Of a stretch of 37,761 nt of DNA, positions 22,807 through 35,800 are shown piece by piece. The notes beneath the pieces are model-generated. The model saw nothing but the letters and a program-made list of their open reading frames with translations. It had not been told where the DNA came from and searched no databases. Position 1 is the first letter of the stretch. Each line of letters opens with the position of its first letter. Origin of the DNA: Bigelowiella natans CCMP2755 (Eukaryota > Protista > Cercozoa); assembly GCA_000320545.1 (NCBI GenBank), contig ADNK01002864.1:1-37761 (forward strand), given 5' to 3'. Made by a program: the position numbers and the translations under genes.

Positions 22807-24800
22807 ATGGAAAAGAAAATTTTCAAAAATTCCCGTTCTGGCGAACGCATGTTATTTGAATCCTCTTCAAGTAGTGACCAAAAGGATGTTTGCTGTAGAA
22901 TGGATGTCTGCATCTCAGAGACTCAAGCCCTCACATTGGCGACTAGCTCGCCGAGAATGACTGCTTCATGTCAAATTGATGCAAGGACGACAGGTGATGA
23001 TCGAGTCCCTGAAACGGCCGCCGTCGAATCACAGTGTGAAATTCAGCACATCGATCAAGGTCAGCACAAGGCATCTGAACAAAAGAGGGAAGCATATGAG
23101 CTGGATCAGAAGGAGACATACGTGCGTTCACAACATCTACCAAGCAATGAAACGACGATGCGTCGTTATGATGCTATCATGACACTCGATGCAAGCGAAT
23201 TTGAGGAAGTCAAGACCATGGGAACATTTCTCTTCCTAGAAGTTGAGAATCCACAAAACGAGGTTATAACATTGAACTCTGTAGAGGCAAACACTCTGCT
23301 TCGCGTATCTAAAAATAAAGACAAAAGCAAGAGAGATGGTTGTGGAAATTCTACTACGATACAAATGAGCAATAACGAAAAGACAATTCAGGCTAAGGTT
23401 GAAATATCAAAAAAAGGATCTGACAGCTTGGTACTTCGAAACAAAACCAAAGATAAACAAGACAAACCCAACGATAGCCAAAACAACTCCAAAACAACCC
23501 AAAAAAAACCAACTGTATACATCCACGGATGCGTACGTATGTCGGCGAGCAGTTTATCGGGGACTAAATTCAAAATTATCAAAGTGAATCTTTGGAGTAA
23601 ACATGGCATACCATGCGACGGCAAAATATACAGAAATCAACTATATCCTTCTCCCAAGGTACTTGAACTTATTCTCTTCTTAGATGTATTCTAAAGGCAT
23701 CTCAATATTTAATATTCATATTATACTATCTTTGTTTTAGATAAATAATTACGACGAAGGAAAGAAATTTCCGTCTTGCCAAACTAGTGGAGGAAAGCGA
23801 GAAAGAGGGAAGAAAATAAGAGGCGAGTCAACAGCATCATTCATCCGGCAGCCGATGAAGAAATGGTTAAGAAGAGAGAGGAAGAATAAAGTTTATGTAA
23901 AAATCGCTGCTTCAATTTCGAAAGATATGCTAGATGTATGCAAGCAAGGTCACATCTCAAGTATCGACCGTATGGATTACATAAAAACAAACATAAGCAC
24001 AATGCTGAAGGAAGAGATGAAATATACCGTTGAAGAAGTTTACACAAGCTTCCCAGATTCAATAAAAAATCAAAACGAAGGTGCGGTTGTATCGAGGGAT
24101 GCGGAATGGACAATATGTTTTAGATTCCCTATACCATATTACCACGATGATGGAACCCCGAACTTTGAGAACCATGCGAAGTGCTCTAGAATGTGCTTGG
24201 GTGCATTCCAAAACGTTTTTCATGAGGATGCTATATACATGGGTACAGAACCAGGGAGTATCATCGTACGCTTCAAAATCGAAGCCAAACAAGTCCTCAA
24301 ATTAATTCAAAAGCGGCTGGCCTTCCGAGCATTCTTCATCAAGAATAGCAAAATCAAGAAAAGCGACGGTACAAACTAAACTATACTAACATTACGATAT
24401 TCTCAAATCAATGTTTTACTTTCATGAACAGGGAAAGGACACGACGAGGGATTGGTGCCTACGATAAGCATATGGAATCAACGCACCGCATCTCTGCAGA
24501 CCAGAGAGAGCATTCCGAAAGATATTAAAATTCAACTTGCATGTTCAGATAAAACGACAGCGGATAATATCATCAGAAGCATCAAGGAGAACGAAGAAGT
24601 GTGGAGAAAATTCTCGATTAAGGCATTTCTATAGTACATATATATATATTATATCAGTTTTACGAAACCTCACATGACGATAATTTAATGTTGCGCATCC
24701 ACATAGGCTGTTTTCATCGAAGGAAATAAAAAGAATATCTCCAATAAAAGAGAAAATAGAGAAACGGTATGTTGATTATAAGTGTTTAAACTTATATATG

Positions 24801-24850
<50 letters not shown>

Positions 24851-27790
24851 TTCATGACTATATGAATATAAATATGAACATATATATTGATATACATACA
24901 TGTAATTAATATATATAATATTCACACACGTTCACATATAAAAATAAATATGTGTATATATGTGTTTAGAATCTACACACATATAAACGCATATATTACA
25001 TAAATGTAAGAATATATGTAAAATATAAATATATTATATATTATATATGTACAATGGCGAAGATAACGACTGTGATAGAGAAATATACCGGGGAAGAAAA
25101 AGAGAAATATTATAAGTTAAGGGCTCCTATTTTTTCCTGAGCTCAGACTCGATCGCAACCCACGATGTCGATTGCTTACACATGCTACCTTGATGTCGTT
25201 CGAAAATCATCATCTCATCATTGAGCTGTTTTGAATACGAAATGATATTGGTATACACTTGTGTGATATTATATTATGTGTTTTTGCATTACGCAGTTTC
25301 CTCTCCATGCTGCTGCAAAAAATGGGAATCTAGCCTTGCTATGCTCCCTCTTGGAAAAAAAAATCAGAATCGAGGAAAAGGACGACCAGGGTTGGACACC
25401 TCTCCACCATGCTGCAAGCAATGGCAATGTAGATATCGTACAGTTCCTCGTGGAAGAAATGAATGCAAATGTACTCGCCGAAGATCATTGTCAAAAGACG
25501 CCTTCAGATGTTGCCTTTGGCAAAGCCAAAAAATATCTGCTGTATGGAGAAACGGTACACAGCCGCCGCTATTGATATTATCTAGAAGTGCCTAGATCAA
25601 TCTATTGCTCGATTTATACATTTTGGTCTATGAGTAGCAGAATGTATTCTTACATGAATATGAGTAATGAACACGATCATTCATGTATTTCCATCGAAAA
25701 GTGACATTCTTATAGAATGAGGTTACTTTACATGTATCATGAGGGTTTGCGTTTGAATATTGTATTGTAGCCTCTACATATTGCTGCTGAGTATGGGAGG
25801 GTTGACGATTTGCGTCGTATCATTGAGAGTAAGGCTGATCTTGAGGCCAAGGAGTACAGAGGATGGACAGCGCTTCACTGTGCTGCTAATGGAAATCACA
25901 TGGATGCTGTGCGTTGTCTCGTCGAGAATGGAGCCGAAGTTTCGGCTGAAAGTAACTTCGGATCAACACCATTTGATCGCGCAACGGATGAGGACATTAT
26001 GAAGTATCTGGTAAAATAATTGAAAGCTGATATCTTGCAAACAGTGCGATGATTTGTTTCACTTCACACGGTTGATGTGATATTTTGAATCATCCTGTCA
26101 CTGTTTTAGTTCTCACCTTTATTCTATTGGTCGGGTTAGTCATAAGTATGCTTATTCATTTGTTGGAAACAATGCGTGAGGATAGTTGTCTACAAATTAA
26201 AGTGAATCGAGGGTTTTGAAAATTGAAGAGCTGCATTTTTTATAGGACAAAATGGATCCCCTAAAACCTGCCCTTAGATCCGAAAACATTGAAGAGGTCT
26301 TCAGTCTCGTCAAAGACAAGACCCTCCGCATATATTATAAGATGAGAGAACGAGCCCTTCACTTGGGGGTTGAAAAGGGGCATTTGGATTTGGTGAAATG
26401 TCTGATAGAGGCAAAGACAAGTGTAAACACAAAGAATATTGAGGGAAGTTCCGCCTTGCACGTTGCATGTTCAAATGGCAACATGGACATGTCAAGATAC
26501 CTCATAGAGGAGGCCAAAGCAAACGTAGACGGGGAGGATAAATATGGAAATACTGCTCTACTTCTTGCCTTTAAATATGGCCAGTATGAACTAGCTAAAT
26601 ACCTTGTGGAGGAGGGCAAAGCTAATGTAGATATAAAGGACAATTATGGAAATACAGCTTTGCATCTTGCCTTTAAACATGGCCAGTATGAACTAGCTAA
26701 ATACCTTATGGAGGAGGGCAAAGCTAATGTAGATATAAAGGACAATGATGGAAATACAGCTTTGCATCTTGCCTTTAAATATGGCCAGTATGAACTAGCA
26801 AAATACCTTGTGGAGGAGGGTAAAGCTAATGTGGAGGCAAAAAACAATCAAGGCAATACTGCCCTACATCTAGCTGGCAATCGTGATGTAGCTAAATACC
26901 TTGTGGAGGAGGTCAAAGCTAACGTGGAGGCAAAAAACGATCAAGGCAATACTGCCCTACACCAAGCTGGCAATCATGATGTAGCTAAATATCTAGTGGA
27001 GGAGGCCAAAGCTAACGTGGAGGCCAAAAACAAAGAAGCCAATACTGCCCTACACATAGCCTGTCGATATGACAATCCTTATGTAGCTAAATATCTAGTG
27101 AAGAAGGCCAAAGCTAATGTAGAGGCCAAAAACAATCAAGGCGATACTGCCCTACACCTAGTCTGTCGATGGTACACACATGATGCAGCTAAATATCTAG
27201 TGGAGGAGGGCAAAGCTAATGTAGAGGCCAAAAACAATGAAAGCAATACTGCCCTACACCTAGCCTGTCAATGTTACAAACATGATACAGCTAAGTATCT
27301 AGTGGAGGAGGCCAATGCTGATGTAGATATAAAGGACAATTATGGAAATACAGCTTTGCATCTTGCCTTTAAACATGGCCAGTATGAACTAGCTAAATAC
27401 CTTATGGAGGAGGTCGAAGCTAATGTAGATATAAAGGACAATGATGGAAATACAGCTTTGCATCTTGCCTTTAAACATAGCCAGTATGAACTAGCTAAAT
27501 ACCTTGTGGAGGAGGGCAAAGCTAATGTAGATATAAAGGACAATGATGGCAATACAGCTTTGCATCTTGTCTTTAAACATGGCCAGTATGAACTAGCAAA
27601 ATACCTTGTGGAGGAGGCCAAAGCTAATGTGGAGGCAAAAAACAATCAAGGCAATACTGCCCTACACCTAGCCTATCTATGTAATGAACCTGGTGCAGCT
27701 AAATATCTAGTGGAGGAGGCCAATGCTAATGTGGAGGCGAGAAACAATGAGGGAAAGAAACCTTTTGCCTCAGCATTGCATCGTATGATG
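22807..27790 (+). CDS. Multi-exon ankyrin-repeat protein (copy A) with an uncharacterised N-terminal region; 3' exon(s) not resolved
   Basis: Phase-compatible exons 22807-23658, 23741-24368, 24432-24622 (GC donor), 24707-24766, 25297-25554, 25771-26010, 26246-27790. The last three encode ankyrin repeats (GWTPLHHAA, GWTALHCAA, and about 14 GNTALHLA...LVEEGKANV units). Confidence 0.85.
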
Positions 27791-27972
27791 GTAAGTAATT
27801 TTGAATCTCGCTATTTTGCTTGTGGTTGCATATTGCGTCCCCATGCACGTATTTACCTGTTTCTCTTCATCGATTTGATACTCATGCTAATTGAAGACTG
27901 TGTCGTCGCCTGACTATATTTTGATCACTAATTCTATTAGTTATGCGATGAGTGTGTGTGTGTGTGTGTGTG

Positions 27973-28016
<44 letters not shown>

Positions 28017-28979
28017 ATATTAATGTAGAGGGAAGAGAAATGAAATTGTTGTAAATCTGATGTGGAAAATGGGAATTAGTAGAGACGGAAAGAGCTTTCT
28101 ACTAGAATGAAACTCGCAAATTATGAATAAAGCTCAAAAATGACTTGAGGCTCATCATGAAACGCCAACGCTCTTCCAACTTATCAGAATCCGACTTTAA
28201 AAAAACAATTGTAGCGCATTGTCCTGGCATAGTAGATGCGTTGGTGTTCGACATTGATTAAGAAATAAAATATTTATTAACAACAGGATAAACTAAAGAT
28301 GGTGAAGAAAGACCAACAGAGCTTGAAAACTGGAACTCCTCAAGAAACGAAATTGAAGGATGCACAGATTGAAACAACCAAAAAGGTCCGAGAATATTTT
28401 AGAGAAAATATTGTGCAAATAGACCACGTTATGGAAGATGTACCAATGGTGCAATTTGTCTATACAAGCAGGTAAACGCTGTTTCTATGAAGGAGACTTT
28501 AAACGAATTGGTCGAAGGAAGTCGTTCTCCTCAGATTCCTATCCAAGAGGTTACATCATTACCTTTTTATTTTTGATCAGCATAACTCCATACGAACGAA
28601 ACATATTTTTATCCAAAATAGGTTACATCAGCATCATTATGTTCTGTGCAATACCATGCGCACGAAGTGTGAAGATACACATGTGTATGAACAGCAAATA
28701 CGCATCTTCTATTAATTAGTTATTGTTTATTAACATTAGAATGGAACAAAATCGTTGGCGAAAGTCTCAAATACGCGTGATGAAGTCCCTCAATCTTCGA
28801 ACCGATGCAATTTAATGTGATGATCACAACAAAGGCTTCCACATGACAATGCACTGTAGCCGCTTCTTTGCATAGCTACATCAGGCTGACCATTGAACAA
28901 ATTTAACTTATTTATGACATCCGTCTCACATGACAACGTGCAGCTGTAGAACATGCATTCAACATTTTCTGATTAACCT

Positions 28980-30834
28980 AGCGCTAGAGCGAATGATTAC
29001 GCATGCTAATCCAATTGTTCGATTTTGTGTTGCTGCTAGCAGACAAATGTGAAATCAGCATGCCATTGCGTAGCTTCAAATTTGATCTTGATCAATGCTA
29101 ACTGCGCATGGCGCCAACGATGGGTGTAAATGTGCGAAATTTCACGCATTGCACATTGCTAGATTGAGGCTTAAACTTGAGATGTGCGCACAGCTCCGAT
29201 CGAGAGCCAGAGAGGCATTGGTGTCCACTCTCTAGACTCTGCGATGCCAGAATGTTCGCTACAGTTTGCGCGTCTGTTTGTCAAGACATCGAAATGCTGA
29301 ACATTTCTACTTCACTAGTTCACAGCTAGCTACTAGCTAGACATCATCATCTCTAGCTAGCTAGATCTAAGCGTGGGGTTTCGATTTGTCATCATCATCG
29401 CACTCGTGTGGATTGTGCAACAGCAACCACACTAGCATGTTGGCCTAGCATGTCTAGATGTGTTTCATCATCAAGAAATGTGGCGACACAAGTCGCTTGA
29501 CGCATGCATGTGCTAGTGTGGGTGCTTTGTGCCGCATTCTGATCTAGTGATCGCTGGATCTTGGCATGTGCATCTTCAAGCTTCAATGTTTGACAGCAGT
29601 CATGCTAGCATGGGTGCATGCTGTGAAGAAGAGCTTCTTTAGCTTTCTGTGCTGTGCATCGGAGAAGAACCTCCAGTATGATAGAAACAGCGGCCCTCCA
29701 AACAGATGATAATAGTCGTCGTTTTTAATAACTATTGTAGGAAGTATCGCGGTGGTAGTAGTTTTTTTTTAGTGGTATTCTTGTTAGTTTGCGGTGATGA
29801 TGGTGCATAATCGGGTCTTAGTCAACAATTGATGCATCTCAATCGTGGATATCGTGGATGAGTATTATTATATTATTTTCCCCAATTGGTGAAATGTTGA
29901 ATTTCGAGACCGAAGCGAAAAACCGAGAATGTTTCTTGACTGAGACATGTGCGCAGATGCGTACATCACACCGACGAGTTTTGCTTTCATTGTCATCCAA
30001 ATTTAATGGGAAATTGGCATAATTTTCACGGTCAATCGCATTCCAAAAGCCTTTGTTTTAAATTTTCTACAATTATAAACTTTATTTTTGTTGTTCAATT
30101 TTTTGTCTTTGTGTGTAGCTTGGGGGGGATGGAAATCCTCTTCGGAGTGTTTCTCATTCTATCATCAGTGCATGATCATGTCCTGCCGTACTTGCGTAGT
30201 CTAGTAGTGCATAGAACTACGTATAGTCTTTAGTTCAGACTTCGGAAATTGAAGTGAAAGCGGCAATAGAATGTGTCAAATGTGGTCAGACAACGCATGC
30301 ATTCATGCACACATGTATGCACGTGCCTGCAAACATCACATAATCAAATTGCATCTTTTGCATGAAGTGCATCGTGTGGAATTAGGCAAAATGATCAAGG
30401 AGTCATCACAAGCTAGCAAGCCATTCTAGCATTGCATTAAGATGCATCTCCAGCAACAGACGGATGATAGACATGCAATGTGTTGTGTGCTGATCAGCAA
30501 AATGCTCCACATCATCTAGTCATGTGTAGCGCGCGTCTAGCGTGCATCTTCGATCAAGTTAGACATGACCAACAGGATCAATCATGATTGATGAATCTCG
30601 TGTGCTTTGCGCCACACGGTCGCGCACACGCACGTTCGCCGAGCTAGTGAGCAGCAAGCTAGCAAGGGGGCATGCTAGGATTGCCAGCTTCACTAGCTAG
30701 CTAGTGTAGGCTCTAGGGCTTGCTAGCTTGGCAATCAACAAGTCATGCATGCTCTCGTGCGCGGTGTCTCTGGACTTATACATCTTCAATCATCAACATG
30801 CATGCATTAGTTTTCAATTAACCATGCTAGCATG
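28980..30834. other. Cluster of X-CTAG-X micro-insertions (CTAG between short direct repeats)
   Basis: 17 perfect cases found by eye (listed in findings); several are absent at the paralogous positions in 14240-14650. Confidence 0.85.
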
Positions 30835-31092
30835 AGTAAAGGCTATTTGTAATAATTTTTTAAACAAAGCAAATGTGGAAATATTTCATGCAAACACACA
30901 AATGCAAAAGTGCACAGGTGTCATTTGTCAGCACAAATGTAAAAACAGACGAGAGTGAAAGACCCTAGAAGCTTCGTCCCGCAGCAAGGCAATCGTCGTG
31001 CCACAAGATTTGTCATGTAATACAGCCGTCTATCATTAGACTAATGTTTTGTCCCTGGTGCATCCGCACACCTATCCATATCTAAGTGCAGA

Positions 31093-31506
31093 TCAATTAT
31101 TTTTCATGTCGCCATGGTTGTCGACGTCATCAGTGCATTGTTTGCTGTCCATCGTTTTAGGGTTGTAGTTGGATGTGAGCTGGTGGAGTCTGCCGGCTAG
31201 AATATTTGCCCTATTTGCGATGCCTTCACCCCAAATTAAGAGGTACAAGCATCTGAACCAGCGGCTTTGATTACTTTGACGCAATTCAAATTCACTCAAA
31301 AAGAGTTTGCTTTGTTCTACGGTTGGTTCAATGAGGTTCCTCTTAGCTTCCGGGATGTCCAAGCTTTGAACGGTTTGTGCAACGTTTCCTAGGTGAGCAA
31401 CAGAATCTTCGACACCCTCGTAGTTTTCACGTAGGTCGTTAATATTGCTCAAACAACTAACCGCGTTCCCAACAACGCCACAGATCTTCATTGCACACGA
31501 GTACAT
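31093..31506 (-). CDS. Small intronless hypothetical protein (~137 aa from ATG 31506), predicted amphipathic helical bundle
   Basis: Open frame with normal TpA and Tyr content. The heptad-like helices and ...SRWFRCLYLLIWGEGIANRANILAGRLHQL pattern loosely recall N-terminal four-helix-bundle domains. Confidence 0.5.
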   Translation of the reverse strand: MYSCAMKICGVVGNAVSCLSNINDLRENYEGVEDSVAHLGNVAQTVQSLDIPEAKRNLIEPTVEQSKLFLSEFELRQSNQSRWFRCLYLLIWGEGIANRANILAGRLHQLTSNYNPKTMDSKQCTDDVDNHGDMKNN

Positions 31507-31849
31507 TTTTGGTGTGGACGATGACTTATGAATAACAAGAAACAAAATGTAGTACAAAACCCCCTCCCCTAGACTTCGACTGTCGAAAGTCGACAACAGG
31601 GGATCGACTTCTCGTTTTCGGCCTGTAATCCATGCGACAATGATTCAGGGCTTGTCTCAGGAGCGAATACACTGGAAATTTAGATGACATTCTTGTCTTC
31701 GAAAATTGTTAGTAAGAGAAGAAAGTGGTGAGTTTGCATGTCGCTTTTCAAAAACATCATCTTTTTCTCTTTGCATTCACTTTTCGATGAATTTCGAATG
31801 ATTCTGGTTAGTACCGGGGATTATTTTCACAGCAGCACAACCTTGATGT

Positions 31850-32190
31850 CTTGTCAGTCTGGTCCGTTTTCTGAGTCTTGAGTGAAGTGGCCGTGACCAT
31901 CGTCGTCGCTTTCTTCATCTTGACCATCCAGCTTGCTGTGCGAGGAAAGGATGTTCGCATAGTTCTTTCAGCAGCCACCGGGTTAATGATTGCTGCTGTT
32001 GCTGTCCTTCTAGCCAATTCACCACACCTTGAACAGATTTCTGCAAGGCGAAGCAGCTTTCTCGCTAGAACTCGTGGCTTTCGAGGCCTCCCCTTGCATC
32101 GTGTGCTCTCCCACTGCTGTCACGACAACGAAGCCTTCCCCTAGGATGAGAGTACTTCCTTCAAACACGTTCTTTTCGTTTGTGTTCCAG
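31850..32190 (-). pseudogene. Fragment of a P-type (E1-E2) ATPase gene, end of the actuator domain and following segment
   Basis: KNVFEGSTLILGEGFVVVTAVGEHTMQG...EKAASP/LQK matches the N.vf.Gt.v..G.g..vV.avG..T..G...tPLq signature. Frameshifted, TpA-depleted, no other ATPase motifs nearby. Confidence 0.65.
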
Positions 32191-32812
32191 GCACGACGAT
32201 GCAAAAACGATTTTTCCCTGATCGTCTGGAAAGCACTCAATCGATTCTTTGGACTTGATTGCCTTGGAATTCGTGTGAGGCTTGAGGTTCTCGGGATCAA
32301 GTGCTGTTGATTTGGGAAAGTCTACTGCTCCTCACGTTTCAAATCATCAACCAATCAAGGCAAAAAATCATGTCGCGCGTCTAGATTCCCATCTAATTTT
32401 CCCCTCCATGAATTTTCTTGCACAGTCGGCTTTGGAGATGGGCAGTCGCACGCTCTGGGAAGGCATTGTTTTTGCATGTTTTTCCGGATTTCCCCCTGCT
32501 AAATGAGGAAAAAAGCGCATCAGCTCTTCTTTTCTTCTTCTCTCTTTCGCACAGGCAGAACAAAGAGACGTTGAACTCGCAAAAGCGTGCCATTCTAGTA
32601 CGCGTGCCATGACGTACATCAACACATGAGAAACATGAACGCTGTTGTCCCGATTTGATCTGTGCGAAACATTTTGGTTTCCGACACAGAGATGTCTTTG
32701 TCGCATGCAAAATGTTCCCGTGTTTGATGGAACTCTGTCTCATTTTTCAGCACAACAAGTGTCTTAAACTTGTTTGATTTTGGGCCTCGATGACACAACT
32801 CAACGCGCCCCC

Positions 32813-35800
32813 ATGACGATAGATCAAAGTGGAGAAACTGACTCCAATGGTTTTGCTGAAATTGGACATTTGGATCCACATCATAGACTCACTGAGCCCC
32901 TTCACTGCTTGATCAATTCTCATGAAGACCATTCCATTGGTGGGAGCTTCATGAATGGCAACTTGCAAGTACATGCACAGGATGATGAGGGGACGGGTGA
33001 ATCCAAGGCCCGACCAGAAGTAACTTACGACGCCAATCTGGCTAGTGACCAAAAGGAAATTGTTCACGGTGGAATGGATGTCTGCATCTCAGAGACTCAA
33101 GCCCTCACATTGGCGACTAGCTCGCCGAGAATGACTGCTTCATGTCAAATTGATGCAAGGACGACAGGTGATGATCGAGTCCCTGAAACGGCCGCCGTCG
33201 AATCACAGTGTGAAATTCAGCACATCGATCAAGGTCAGCACAAGGCATCTGAACAAAAGAGGGAAGCATATGAGCTAGATCAGAAGGAGACATATGGATA
33301 CGTGCGTTCACAACATCTGCCAAGCAATGAAACGACGATGTGTCGTTATGATGCTATCATGACACTCGATGAAAGTGAATTTGAGGAAGTCAAGACCATG
33401 GGAACATTTCTCTTACTAAAAGTTAAGAATTCACAGAACGAGGTTATAACATTGAGTTCTGTAGAGGCAAACACTCTGCTTCGCGTATCTGGAAATGAGG
33501 ACAAAAGCAAGAGATTTAGTTGTGGAAATTCTACTACGATACAAATGAGCGATGCCCAAAATACAATTAAGGTTGAGGTTAAAATATCAAAAATTAAAGG
33601 ATATAAAAGCTTGATATTCCTAAACAAAATCAAATATAACCAAGACAAATCCAACGATAGCCAAACCAACTCCAAAAAAACCCAAAAAAAACCAACTGTA
33701 TACATCCACGGATGCGTACGTATGTCGGCGAGCAGTTTATCGGGGACTAAATTCAAAATTATCAAAGTGAATCTTTGGAGTAAACATGGCATACCATGCG
33801 ACGGCAAAATGTACAGAAATCAACTACATCCTTCTCCCAAGGTACTTGAACTTATTCTGTTCTTTGATGTATTCTAAAGGTATCTCAACATTTGATGTTC
33901 ATATTGTACTATCTTTATTTTAGATAAATGATGACGATAGAGAACAGAGAAGGCCGCCTTGTCAAGCTATTGGAGAAAAACAAGAAAGAAGGAAGAAAAT
34001 AAGAGGCGAGTCAACAGCATCATTCATCCGCCAGCCGATGAAGAAATTGTCAACAAGTGGGAGGAAGAAAAATGTTTGTGTAAAAATCGAAGCTTCAATC
34101 TCAAGAGATATGCTACATGTATGCATGCAAGATCACATCTCAGGTATCGACCGTATGGATTACATCAAACAAAAAATAAACAAATTGTTGACGAAAAAGC
34201 TTGAAGAGATGAAATATACCGTTGATGATGTTTACACAAGCTTCCAAGAAATGGAATCTGTCTCTTCGATAAAAAATCAAAACGAAGGTGCGGTTGTATC
34301 GAGGGATGCGGAATGGACAATGCGTTTTAGATTCCCTATACCATATTACGACGATGATGGAATAACCCCGAAATTTAAGGACCATCTCTAGAATGTGCTT
34401 GGGTGCATTCCAAAACGTTTTTCATGAGCATGCTACATACAAGGGTACAGAACCAGGAAGTATCATCGTAAGCTTCAAAATCGAAGCCTATCAAGTCATC
34501 AATTTAATTCAAAAGCGGATGGCCTTCCGAGCATTCTTCATCGAGAATAGCGAAATCCAGAAAGAGCGCGGTACAAACTATGCTAACACTATGATATTCT
34601 CAAATCAATATTTTACTTTCATGAACAGGTAAAGAACACGACGAGGGATTGGTGCCTACGATAAGCATATGGAATCAACGGACCGCAACTTTGCAGACCA
34701 GAGAAAGCTTGCCAAAAGATATCAAAATTCAACTTACATGTCCAAATCAAAAGACAGCAAGCAGCATCATCAGAAGCATCAAGGAGAACGAAGGAGTGTG
34801 GAGCAACTTCTCGATAAAGGCATTTCTATAGTACATATATGTATATATATATATATATATATATACATATTATGTCAGTTTTACGAAATCTCACATAGCG
34901 ATGATTTAATATTGCTGATCCACATAGGCTGTTTTTATTGATGGAAATAAAAAGAATATCTCCAATAAAAGAGAAAACAGAGAAAGGGCATGTTGATTAT
35001 AAGTGTTTAAACTTATATATGTATGTATATATATACATATATATATATATATACACATATATCAGTTGATGACTACATGAATACAAATATGAACATGTAT
35101 ATTGATATACATACATGTAATTGATACATGTGTATATATATATATATATAATATTCACACACGTTCACATGTGAAAATAAATATGTGTACATATGTGTTT
35201 AGAATCTATACACATATAAACGCATATATTACACAAATGTAAGAATACATGTAAAATATAAATATATTACACATTGTATATGTACAATGGCGAAGATAAC
35301 GACTGTGATAGAGAAATATACCGGGGAAGAAAAAGAGAAATATTACAAGTCAAGGGCTCCTATTTTTTCCTGAGCTCAGACTCGATCGCAACCCACGACG
35401 TCGATTGCTTCCACATGCTACCTTGATGTCGTTAGAAAATCAGCATCTCATCGTTGAGCTGTTTTGAATACGAAATGATATTGGTGTACACTTGTGTGAA
35501 ATTCTATTATGCGTTTTTGCATTACGCAGTTTCCTCTCCATGCTGCTGCAAAAAATGGGAATCTAGCCTTGCTACGCTCCCTCTTGGAAAAAAAACTCAA
35601 CATCGAGGAAAAGGACGACCAGGGTTGGACACCTCTCCACCATGCTGCAAGCAATGGCAATGTAGACATCGTACAGTTTCTCGTGGAGGAAATGAATGCA
35701 AATGTACTCGCCGAAGATAATTGTCAAAAGACGCCTTCAGATGTTGCCTTTGGCAACGCCAAAAATTATCTGCTGCATGGAGAAACGGTACACAGCCGCC

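Larger units (their letters stand above)
13629..29622 (+). repeat. Tandem segmental duplication, unit A
   Basis: Collinear matches: 13629-14696 to 29623-30873; 21120-21367 to ~30869-31081; ~22531-22653 to ~32357-32490; 22873-~27700 to 33043-37761. Confidence 0.88.

Noticed and set aside
29300-29370. Helitron 3' ends or a simple (CTAG)n microsatellite explaining the CTAG richness
   Set aside because: No upstream hairpins are seen and Helitrons make no TSD. Most CTAGs here are single and bracketed by different 4-bp direct repeats.
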